The notes under the pieces: generated by a model | What the model was told of the DNA's origin: nothing | The model's input: only the letters and a program-made list of their open reading frames with translations | Databases searched by the model: none | Translations under genes and position numbers: made by a program | Shown here: positions 1-7,416 of the stretch, one piece after another | Layout: the number at the start of each line of letters is the position of its first letter | How positions within the stretch are numbered: the stretch's first letter is position 1 | Origin: an uncultured Clostridia bacterium | GTDB taxonomy: Bacteria; Bacillota; Clostridia; Christensenellales; CAG-1252 | NCBI GenBank assembly: GCA_946626795.1 | Contig: CAMOUZ010000002.1 | Location: forward strand, 1 to 34,415 | DNA: 34,415 nt | Reading direction: 5' to 3'

Positions 1-1
1 G

Positions 2-1840
2 GCGGGGGAGGAAGACCTCTCCTTTCTCGAATTTCACGCCGATCTCGTCGAGGGCGGGAATGAAATCCTCGTTGATGACGTCCAAGGGTTCGCGCGTCTT
101 TAAGGCTTCGCGCACGGCTTCTTCGATGCCGCCCACCACGCCGCAGAAGATCATGCCGCGGATCCCTTCCGCACCTTCTTTGTCAAAAGTGAAATAAGCG
201 GATGTATCGAGAGAAATGAGCTTTCCTTGCAGCACTTCGGCGTATTCCGCCACGAGGGGATTCAGAATGGGGGCGGAGAGCCCCGCCTGAATACATTGCC
301 CGAGGAAGGCGGCGTTGATTTTGAGTCTGTCCGGCATGCCGAAGCTCACGTTGCTGACGCCGAGCACGGTCTTTACGCCGAGCTCTTTCGTCACCTTTTC
401 CACGGCGAGGGCGGTCTCTTTCGCCTGCGTTTCGTCCGTGGCGATGGTCAGCACCAGGCAGTCGATGATGATGTCGCTTTTCTTGATCCCGCGCGCGGTA
501 AGCTCCGCGACGAGCTTCTCCGCGAAGGCGTATCTTTCCTCGTGCGTCTTGGGCATCGTGTCGCCGAGGCAGAGCCCCACAAGGGTTGCGCCGTATTTTT
601 TCGCGATGGGCACGATGGCATCGAGACTCTCTTTTTTGAGGTTTACGGAATTGATGATGGGCTTGCCTGCGTAAATGCGGCAGGCTCTCTCCAAAGCCTC
701 TTTGGAGGAGGAATCCAATTGGAGAGGAAGAGAGACTGTTCCTTGAAGCTCCTTGATCACGGCGACGAGGGTCTTCGCTTCGTCCAGCTCGGGCAGTCCC
801 ACGTTCACGTCGAGGATGTCCGCGCCCGCGCGCTCTTGGTCAATGGCTTCTTTGAGGATATAGTCGATGTCGCCTTCGAGAAGGGCGGCTTTGAGCTTCT
901 TTTTGCCCGTGGGGTTCAGCCTCTCGCCGATGACCTTCACGCCTTCGCCGAGGAAGACGGTCTTGGTGGCGGAAGTGGCGGCGGTGTAAGAAGGAAGGGC
1001 GCGCGAAACGGGCTCTTTCTTTTCCAGCATCTTGCGCAAGAAGGCGATATGCTCCGGCGTCGTGCCGCAACAGCCGCCGAGCACGGTGACTCCCGCCTCC
1101 GCGATCTTTTCCATCGCCGCGGAGAAAAGCTCCGGCGTGTCTTCGTAATAGGTTTTTCCGTCTTTTACCTTCGGTAAGCCCGCATTGGGCTGGACGATGA
1201 CGGGGCAGGGCGCATAGGCGCAGATCTTCTTCACGAGGGGGAGCATATCCGCCGCGCCGAGGGAACAATTCACGCCCACGGCGTCCGCGCCGAGCGAAGA
1301 GAGGGTGATGGTGGCGGTCACGGGATCCGTGCCGAGGAAGGTCCTGCCGTCCTCCATATAAGTCATCGTGACATAGACGGGGAGGCTCGTATTCTCTTTC
1401 GCCGCGAGGAGAGCGCATTTTGCCTCCAAGAGGTCGCTCATCGTCTCGATGAGGATGATGTCCGCGCCCGCTTCCGCGCCCCAAGTGACGATGTTTTTAT
1501 AATTCTCGTAAGCGACGTCGAAAGAGAGGGTGCCGTTCGGTTCGAGCAAGGCGCCGTGCGCGCTGACGTCCAGCGCCACTTTTTCCGCGCCCGATTCCTT
1601 GGCGAGGCGCACGCCCGCCTTGATCACGGCTTCCACATCCACGTTTTTCATCTTGAAAGGATTCGCGCCGAAAGTATTTGCCGTGATGACCTCCGCGCCC
1701 GCTTCCACATAGGCGCGATGAATGTCCCGTACGATGTCGGGATGGGTGAGATTATAAGTCTCGGGGAAAGCGCCCGCTTTGAGCCCGCGCGCTTGGAGCA
1801 TCGTGCCCATCGCGCCGTCGAAGATCGTGAAACCTCTCAT
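2..1840 (-). CDS. metH: Cobalamin-dependent methionine synthase core (homocysteine-binding, pterin-binding and start of B12-binding module); 3' end runs off the window
   Basis: Hand translation of the minus strand from ATG at 1840-1838 gives MRGFTIFDGAMGTMLQARG..., a Hcy S-methyltransferase N-terminus. A re-check at 1520-1558 gives HGALLEPNGTLSF. The frame stays open to the window edge and ends ...DFIPALDEIGVKFEKGEVFLP, which is B12-binding-module-like. It is missing from the ORF track because it has no stop codon inside the window. Confidence 0.85.
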   Translation of the reverse strand, partial: MRGFTIFDGAMGTMLQARGLKAGAFPETYNLTHPDIVRDIHRAYVEAGAEVITANTFGANPFKMKNVDVEAVIKAGVRLAKESGAEKVALDVSAHGALLEPNGTLSFDVAYENYKNIVTWGAEAGADIILIETMSDLLEAKCALLAAKENTSLPVYVTMTYMEDGRTFLGTDPVTATITLSSLGADAVGVNCSLGAADMLPLVKKICAYAPCPVIVQPNAGLPKVKDGKTYYEDTPELFSAAMEKIAEAGVTVLGGCCGTTPEHIAFLRKMLEKKEPVSRALPSYTAATSATKTVFLGEGVKVIGERLNPTGKKKLKAALLEGDIDYILKEAIDQERAGADILDVNVGLPELDEAKTLVAVIKELQGTVSLPLQLDSSSKEALERACRIYAGKPIINSVNLKKESLDAIVPIAKKYGATLVGLCLGDTMPKTHEERYAFAEKLVAELTARGIKKSDIIIDCLVLTIATDETQAKETALAVEKVTKELGVKTVLGVSNVSFGMPDRLKINAAFLGQCIQAGLSAPILNPLVAEYAEVLQGKLISLDTSAYFTFDKEGAEGIRGMIFCGVVGGIEEAVREALKTREPLDVINEDFIPALDEIGVKFEKGEVFLPR

Positions 1841-2440
1841 TCAGTCTTGCACCTCGTTCTCTATTCTCTCCGCGCCGCATACGCCGATCATGCTTTTCCC
1901 GGGGAGGAGGAGACCCTTCTCCGTCACGGTGAGCCCGATCTTTTTCTCCGCGGAGAGCGCAAGCGCGATCTCGCCGTTCGTCAGGAGAGGCAGGTCGCCG
2001 TATCCGGGACAGAAACGGAAAGTCGTCTTATATCCTTTTTCATCCAGCTTTCCGCTCTCTTCGGCGAGCATCTCGTCCGCGATGCGCTCCGCATAGACGG
2101 AGGCGATGGCGTTCAAGGCGACGGCGTCCGAAGGACGAGATAGGGAGAGTTCTTTGATCTTCTGATCCACGGCGATGCCGAGGGTGAAGGCGGAGAGAAG
2201 GGCGTATTCCGCCTTTTCGAGATGGCGGCGAATGCTTTCGCCCACCAAGGGGAAAGCATAACCTTCCAGTTTCACTTCGGGGGAATGTTCTTTTATTTTC
2301 AGAAGGGAATAGACCGCTCTCGGGCGGAAAACCGAAGCGTACGTGCGATACACTCTTTCGAGCAGAAGGGTGGCGTCCGCGTCCTCCTTCTTCGCGCCGA
2401 GAAGACGAAGCGCGTCTTTCAAAAGACGGGTCTCGTCCAT
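1841..2440 (-). CDS. Stand-alone methionine synthase activation (AdoMet-binding/reactivation) domain protein
   Basis: 199 aa track ORF. It carries ...TTFRFCPGYGDLPL..., resembling the PGY motif of the MetH C-terminal activation domain. It sits between metF and metH, its ATG overlaps the metF stop by 1 nt (TAATG), and its stop abuts the metH ATG. Confidence 0.7.
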   Translation of the reverse strand: MDETRLLKDALRLLGAKKEDADATLLLERVYRTYASVFRPRAVYSLLKIKEHSPEVKLEGYAFPLVGESIRRHLEKAEYALLSAFTLGIAVDQKIKELSLSRPSDAVALNAIASVYAERIADEMLAEESGKLDEKGYKTTFRFCPGYGDLPLLTNGEIALALSAEKKIGLTVTEKGLLLPGKSMIGVCGAERIENEVQD

Positions 2441-3303
2441 TATTTCAGATATCCTTTCGCGCGAAGCCTCTCCACGAGTCCTTTCGCCGCGTCGGGGCGG
2501 TTCATCGTGTAAAAATGGATGTCGTCCACGCCGCTGTCGTAGAGCTCCGCGATCTGCGTCGCCGCATAATCCAGACCCGCTTGGAGGAGACCTTCTTTGT
2601 CCTCGTCATAGCGATTCAGGATGCGGATGATCGCGCCGGGGAGGGAGACTGCGCACATATAGATCATGCGGTTCACCTGCGTTTTGCTCATGATGGGCAT
2701 AATGCCCGCCGAGAGGAGGGAATCCACCCCCGCTTTCTTGATGCGGGAGAAGAAATCGAAGAAATAACGATTTTCAAAGCAGAGCTGGGAGACGAAATAG
2801 CTTACGCCCATATCTTGCTTCATCTTCATAAAGCGGATATCGTCGTCGAGGGACGTGCAGGTGGCGTGCCCTTCGGGATAACAGCTCGCGCCCACGGTGA
2901 AGCCGCGCTCCACGAGGGAGGGGATGATGTCCGTCGCGTGGGCGAAATAACGGAGGTCATGGCCTTCGATCTTGTCGCCGCGAAGGGCGAGGACGTTCTC
3001 GATCCCCTTTTCCGCGAAAGATTCTATGGTGGCGGAGACCTCTTCGGGGGTGTTATTGATGACGGTGATATGTGAGACGGAGGGAAGGGAGAATTCCTTC
3101 TCGGTCATCTCGGCGATCTCCGCGGTGAGGGCACTGTTTTTCGAGCCGCCCGCGCTGTACGTCACGCTGAGATAAGAAGGAGCGAGGGGCGCGAGCTCAC
3201 CGAGCAACGTGCGCACGGCGTTCGCGTCGAAATCCCCTTTCGGCGGAAAGATCTCGAAAGAAAGTGTTCCTTTCCCTTTACGAAGAACGTCCGTTATCCT
3301 CAT
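2440..3303 (-). CDS. metF: 5,10-methylenetetrahydrofolate reductase
   Basis: 287 aa track ORF. The N-terminus MRITDVLRKGKGTLSFEIFPPKGD... and ...SVTYSAGGS... are typical MetF signatures. GGAGGG RBS on the minus strand at about 3311-3316. Confidence 0.9.
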   Translation of the reverse strand: MRITDVLRKGKGTLSFEIFPPKGDFDANAVRTLLGELAPLAPSYLSVTYSAGGSKNSALTAEIAEMTEKEFSLPSVSHITVINNTPEEVSATIESFAEKGIENVLALRGDKIEGHDLRYFAHATDIIPSLVERGFTVGASCYPEGHATCTSLDDDIRFMKMKQDMGVSYFVSQLCFENRYFFDFFSRIKKAGVDSLLSAGIMPIMSKTQVNRMIYMCAVSLPGAIIRILNRYDEDKEGLLQAGLDYAATQIAELYDSGVDDIHFYTMNRPDAAKGLVERLRAKGYLK

Positions 3304-3335
3304 AATACCCTCCGGAAATGCATTGTAATATCTAA

Positions 3336-3365
3336 ATTATAGGCATAACCGCCAAGGAAAGTCAA
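3336..3365 (-). promoter_or_regulatory. Candidate sigma-A promoter for the metF-metH operon
   Basis: The minus strand reads TTGACT, 18 nt, TATAAT (plus-strand agtcaa at 3360-3365, attata at 3336-3341). It lies about 30 nt upstream of the metF ATG, so the leader is short. Confidence 0.5.
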
Positions 3366-3396
3366 TATTTTCCTACACGGGCGTGGAAGGAATCTC

Positions 3397-3424
3397 TTGC
3401 AAATGAAGTAAAATATGCTATAAT
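3397..3424 (+). promoter_or_regulatory. Candidate sigma-A promoter with extended -10
   Basis: TTGCAA at 3397-3402, 16 nt spacer, TGcTATAAT at 3416-3424. It is divergent from the metF promoter and lies upstream of the 3464 CDS. Confidence 0.6.
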
Positions 3425-3463
3425 GTAAAATATGTGGGAGTTTTTACCCTATGTGAGGTCATT

Positions 3464-4915
3464 ATGGAAGAGAATGATGTAATGAGAGAAGATTTCGCGG
3501 AAAAGCCGACGGAAGAAACGTCCGAAGAAAGGAAGGAAGAGACACTCCCCACGGTGGAAACGTCGGAAGAAGAGGCTTCCATTGAGCCGATTTCGGAGGA
3601 GACGGTTGCCCCCGATGCTTCGGATGAGGACTATGCGGACGCGGAGGCAGCGGACATCTCATACGTGCCCGCGGAAGCGGCTGTGACCATGACCGCCGAG
3701 GCGCAAGAGGAGGAGGCGGAAGAAGCTCCCGAAGAAGAGCCCGACGAGGAACCTAAGGAAGACGCCCCCGAAGAGACCTTTGAAGAGACCCCCGCCGAAG
3801 AGGCGGAAGCCCTTCCCGCGGAAACCCCCGCGGAAGAAGAGATCGCCGCGGAAGCTCCCGTCGAAGAAGAGGACGCGCAAGAGGAGGCGATCGAGCCTTC
3901 TTATGAAGAGATCGCGGAAGAGGCTCCCGTAGCTCAGGCGGAAGAGGAAAAATCCGAAGAATCGGACGAGCCCGCCGAGGAAGAGGAAGAAATGCAGGCG
4001 GGAGAGGCGTCCCTTGCGGCGGAAGAGCCCGAGGAAGACGTCATCGCGGAGCCTGTTTTTGAAGAGCCTGTCACGGAAGAGAGCGCTTTGAAGGAAGAGG
4101 ATTTCATCGAGGACTCTGCGGACGCCGCCGAAGAGATCTTGCCCGCTGCGGCGGAAGAGGCGGAAGCTCCCGTTGTTCTGCCCGTTGCGGTGAGTGCGGA
4201 AGCGCCTGCGGAGAAGAAGGCGGAGCCCGAGAAAAAGCCCGAGGAGAAGAGAACGGATTATACCTGGCAGGAGCACAAACTCCGCAGAAAGTACAAGATG
4301 GATCACGATCCTTTGTTTTGCGCGAACGATGTGATCCCCGGCTTCATCATCGCGCGCGGCGAAAAGGTCATCCGCACGTATAATTGCCTTGCTTCGGACA
4401 GCGGAGACGGCACGGTTTGTTTGACGAATAAGAGGCTTCTCGTGAATGCGGGAGAGCGTTCCGAGGTGGCGGTCGAGCAGATCTCGGGGATCAAATTCAG
4501 CAGATACACCCATTTTTATTTTTTGAGATGTTTCTTTGCGTTGCTTTTCACGGCGATCGCGGTTGCCGCGGTCTTGCTCCCGCATCTGAATAAGCTCCCT
4601 TTCGCCATCCCGAATATCACGGGCGAGGCGCGGAAGACCTGGGCGGTCATCCTCTGTTACGTGGGCGGCGGCATCGGCGCGCTTATCGCCTTGCCGATCT
4701 GGCTGCATGTCGTCAAGAAGACTTTTTATTTCTTCATTTATGCCCATCAAGACACCCCGTTCGTGCAATGCAAGAGTGCGTCTTATATCAAGAGCGAAGC
4801 AAGGGGAAAGGTCGCAAGCTGTATGGTGGCGAAAGCGGGCAAAGAGAGCGAGAAAGCCGCTCGTGAGCTCGGCGCGCTTCTCATCGAGATCAAAGAAGGT
4901 AGGTTCGACGACTGA
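3464..4915 (+). CDS. Uncharacterised protein: about 270 aa acidic E/A/P-rich low-complexity N-terminus, a PH/GRAM-like domain and two predicted TM helices
   Basis: The track ORF starts at GTG 3434, but ATG 3464 has GAGG 5 nt upstream. The C-terminal part GEKVIRTYNCLASDSGDGTVCLTNKRLLVNAGERSEVAVEQISGIKF resembles bacterial PH-like domains. Hydrophobic stretches FFALLFTAIAVAAVLL and WAVILCYVGGGIGALIALPIW follow. The stop overlaps the tmk ATG (TGATG). Confidence 0.75.
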   Translation: MEENDVMREDFAEKPTEETSEERKEETLPTVETSEEEASIEPISEETVAPDASDEDYADAEAADISYVPAEAAVTMTAEAQEEEAEEAPEEEPDEEPKEDAPEETFEETPAEEAEALPAETPAEEEIAAEAPVEEEDAQEEAIEPSYEEIAEEAPVAQAEEEKSEESDEPAEEEEEMQAGEASLAAEEPEEDVIAEPVFEEPVTEESALKEEDFIEDSADAAEEILPAAAEEAEAPVVLPVAVSAEAPAEKKAEPEKKPEEKRTDYTWQEHKLRRKYKMDHDPLFCANDVIPGFIIARGEKVIRTYNCLASDSGDGTVCLTNKRLLVNAGERSEVAVEQISGIKFSRYTHFYFLRCFFALLFTAIAVAAVLLPHLNKLPFAIPNITGEARKTWAVILCYVGGGIGALIALPIWLHVVKKTFYFFIYAHQDTPFVQCKSASYIKSEARGKVASCMVAKAGKESEKAARELGALLIEIKEGRFDD

Positions 4916-5532
4916 TGGAAAGAGGCAAATTTATTGTTTTCGAGGGGATCGACGGCAGCGGAAAGAGCACGCACGCTCGTCTCTTGAAAGAGCGGCTTGA
5001 AAAAGAGGGTAAACGTGTTTTCCTGACCTTGGAACCCACGGAGGGCGAGGCGGGGAGGCTCTTGCGCCGCTGTCTGACGGGAGAGATCGATCTTCCCGAG
5101 GAGGCAATCGCGGGGCTCTTTATGACGGATCGTCTCGATCATATCAAGAATCCTTCGAGCGGCATCATTTCCCATCTCGAACACGGAGAGGTCGTGATCT
5201 CGGATCGTTATTATTTCTCCTCCTTTGCGTATAACAGCATGTATGCGCCGATGGAATGGGTGATCGCCATCAATTCCCTTGCGCGCGAGCTTTTGAAGCC
5301 CGATCTCACTGTCTTCCTCGATCTCGCTCCCGAGCGTTTCGACGACCGCATTCGGGCGAGAGGGCAGAAGGAGCGTTATGAAAAGATCGAGCTCCTCGCG
5401 AAAGTGAGAGAGAACTATATGAAAGCCTTTTCTCTTCTTCCCGATGAAAAAGTGGCGATCGTGGATAATGACGGCGGGCTGGAAGATGCGGCGGAAAATG
5501 TCTATGCCGCCGTCCGCAAGATCCTCGGGTAA
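4915..5532 (+). CDS. tmk: Thymidylate (dTMP) kinase
   Basis: 205 aa. The N-terminus MERGKFIVFEGIDGSGKSTH... is the canonical Tmk P-loop, and DRY is present (ISDRYYFSS). Confidence 0.95.
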   Translation: MERGKFIVFEGIDGSGKSTHARLLKERLEKEGKRVFLTLEPTEGEAGRLLRRCLTGEIDLPEEAIAGLFMTDRLDHIKNPSSGIISHLEHGEVVISDRYYFSSFAYNSMYAPMEWVIAINSLARELLKPDLTVFLDLAPERFDDRIRARGQKERYEKIELLAKVRENYMKAFSLLPDEKVAIVDNDGGLEDAAENVYAAVRKILG

Positions 5533-5538
5533 TTCACT

Positions 5539-7065
5539 ATGGAACTGCACGATATCGTCCTTCCCCTCGGCAGCACAAGGGAAGATGTCAAGCGTATCGC
5601 GGCGAAGAAAGCGCACCTCGAATTCTCGAAGGTGCGCACTTTTCGTATACTGCGCGAGTCCCTTGACGCAAGGAGAAAAGGAGATATTCGCAAGGTGTAT
5701 TCTGTCGAAATCGACGAAGCGCTCCTCGAAAAGAAGGGCTTGGAGATCCCCGAAGTCGGCGAGCGGGCTTTCCGCCCCATTGTGGTGGGATTCGGCCCCG
5801 CGGGGATCTTCGCCGCATACGTGATGGCGAAGGCGGGTCTCCGCCCCATCGTGCTCGAACGCGGTCTGCCCATCGAAGAGCGGGCAAAAGGGGTCTCTGC
5901 GCTTTGGGAGAAGGGGGTGCTCTCGTTCCAAGCGAACGCCGCCTTCGGCGAAGGCGGGGCGGGCGCTTTCTCGGACGGGAAATTGAATAGCGGCATCAAG
6001 GATAAAGAGTTCGTCTCTTTCGTCCTTTCCACCTTCGTGGAATGCGGCGCGCCCGAGGAGATCGCTTACGTGAATAAGCCGCATATCGGCACGGACAGAC
6101 TGCGCGGCGTAGTGCGCGCGCTTCGGGAGAGGATCCTCTCGCTCGGCGGGGAAGTGATCTTTTCCTCCGAAGTGACGGACATCGAGGAGAAGGGCGGCGC
6201 GCTCCGCGTGAAGGCGAAAGAGACCTATGAGACCGATCGTTTGGTGCTCGCCGTCGGACACAGCGCGCGCGACACTTATCAAATGCTGCTTTCCCGCGGT
6301 TTTTTGATGGAGAGCAAGCCTTTCGCCGTAGGCGTCCGCATCGAACACCTGCAAGAGGAAATTGATTTCGCGATGTACGGCGTGCGCTCCGATCCCCGCC
6401 TTCCCGCGGCGGATTATAAGCTCGTGGAGCACACCAAGGCGGGCGGCGTGTATAGTTTCTGCATGTGTCCCGGCGGGTACGTCGTCTGCGCTTCGAGCGA
6501 GGAGGGCGGCGTCGTCACGAACGGAATGAGTTATCACGCTCGCGACGGAAAGAATGCGAATGCCGCGCTCCTCGTGGGCGTGGACGAAAAGGATTACGGC
6601 GAAGGCGTTTTGGCGGGCGTGGCGTATCAAAAGTCCCTTGAAAAGGCGGCTTATACAGCGGGCGGAGGCGCGTATCGCGCGCCCTGTCAGCGCGTGGGAG
6701 ATTTCCTCCGCGGAAGAAAAGGTTCTCTCTCGGGAGAGGTGGAACCCACGTATCTTCCCGGGGTCACCCCCGCAGATCTCGGCGCGATCCTTTCGTCTCG
6801 CGTGACGGAAGCCTTGAAACTCGGCGTCACCGCTTTTGAAAAGAAGATAAGGGGCTTTGCGAAAGAGGACGCTCTTCTCACGGGCGTGGAAACGCGCTCT
6901 TCTTCTCCCGTTCGCGTTTTGCGCGGGAAAGATATGCGGAGCATATCGCACCCCGAGGTCTATCCCTGCGGGGAGGGCTGCGGCTATGCGGGCGGGATCA
7001 TGAGCGCCGCCGTGGACGGGGTGAAAGTAGCCCTTGCCATCATAAAAGAAAGCGGCAACGTATAG
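5539..7065 (+). CDS. FAD-dependent protein (COG2509-type uncharacterised NAD(FAD)-utilising dehydrogenase)
   Basis: 508 aa. The N-terminal ...FRILRESLDARRK... segment is followed by a dinucleotide-binding motif VVGFGPAGIFAAYVMA and a C-terminal ...YPCGEGCGYAGGIMSAAVDG..., as in this family. Confidence 0.8.
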   Translation: MELHDIVLPLGSTREDVKRIAAKKAHLEFSKVRTFRILRESLDARRKGDIRKVYSVEIDEALLEKKGLEIPEVGERAFRPIVVGFGPAGIFAAYVMAKAGLRPIVLERGLPIEERAKGVSALWEKGVLSFQANAAFGEGGAGAFSDGKLNSGIKDKEFVSFVLSTFVECGAPEEIAYVNKPHIGTDRLRGVVRALRERILSLGGEVIFSSEVTDIEEKGGALRVKAKETYETDRLVLAVGHSARDTYQMLLSRGFLMESKPFAVGVRIEHLQEEIDFAMYGVRSDPRLPAADYKLVEHTKAGGVYSFCMCPGGYVVCASSEEGGVVTNGMSYHARDGKNANAALLVGVDEKDYGEGVLAGVAYQKSLEKAAYTAGGGAYRAPCQRVGDFLRGRKGSLSGEVEPTYLPGVTPADLGAILSSRVTEALKLGVTAFEKKIRGFAKEDALLTGVETRSSSPVRVLRGKDMRSISHPEVYPCGEGCGYAGGIMSAAVDGVKVALAIIKESGNV

Positions 7066-7321
7066 CGGCATATATGCTTCGCAGATTGTTTCATCAAAGG
7101 GCAGTGACATGCGCCAAGTATACGCCCTCCTTTTTTGGATTATCGGTCTCTGAATGACTCTCCGCGCCTACACTCCAAAATATCTTATTGATATTCGGTC
7201 CTTCAATGACGCGTCTCCGCTGCCGCTTGTTTTGTTTGAACGCAGGAAATCATTATACGGTCGTAGGGAGTTATCATATGCCGTAGGCATTAACACGTAT
7301 TCTTGTCATCTATTATTGTTA

Positions 7322-7351
7322 TTGACAGAAATATCTTTTTTGTGTTATATT
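7322..7351 (+). promoter_or_regulatory. Candidate sigma-A promoter with extended -10
   Basis: TTGACA at 7322-7327, 18 nt spacer, TGtTATATT at 7343-7351. It sits in an AT-rich intergenic region upstream of the 7417 CDS. Confidence 0.55.
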
Positions 7352-7416
7352 GATACTCTAAGATACTTCTATTATGCCGCGTGAGCGCGCTATGGTTTTA
7401 TGCTTTTGGAGGAAAT

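Noticed and set aside
3415-3424. The shared 11-mer TATGCTATAAT in the promoters at 3414-3424 and 27046-27056, as a possible common regulatory motif linking the two acidic-protein genes.
   Set aside because: The shared sequence is simply the consensus extended -10 (TGnTATAAT) plus two flanking bases. This is expected by chance among strong promoters.
3304-3440. Possible SAM/S-box riboswitch or T-box upstream of metF (minus strand).
   Set aside because: The divergent intergenic region is only about 160 nt and is occupied by two back-to-back promoters. The predicted metF leader is about 30 nt, too short for these elements, and I saw no S-box-like conserved helices.
4783-7110. 775 aa minus-strand ORF antisense to tmk and the FAD-protein gene. 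Similar long antisense ORFs occur at 227-1177(+), 3659-4768(-), 7390-9426(-), 11974-13236(-), 14815-15930(-), 19854-21116(-), 24111-25616(-), 28031-30034(-), 29925-31478(-) and 32648-33436(-).
   Set aside because: They are shadow ORFs, typical of GC-rich coding DNA. Each lies fully opposite a gene with recognisable conserved motifs. Their translations are R/G/H/L/D-rich with no recognisable domains, and none has a well-spaced RBS.
7100-7137. Possible terminator after the FAD-protein gene (T-run CCTCCTTTTTTGG at about 7125-7137).
   Set aside because: The preceding sequence forms only 3-5 bp interrupted stems (GGGC...GCCC, GCG...CGC) with a large loop. This is not convincing enough to list as a feature.
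7154-7384. 76 aa plus-strand ORF in the AT-rich spacer between the FAD-protein gene and the surface-protein gene.
   Set aside because: It has no RBS, it overlaps the predicted promoter (7322-7351), and its composition is odd and low in complexity (LLLLLTEISFLCYIDTLRYFYY). It is most likely non-coding spacer.
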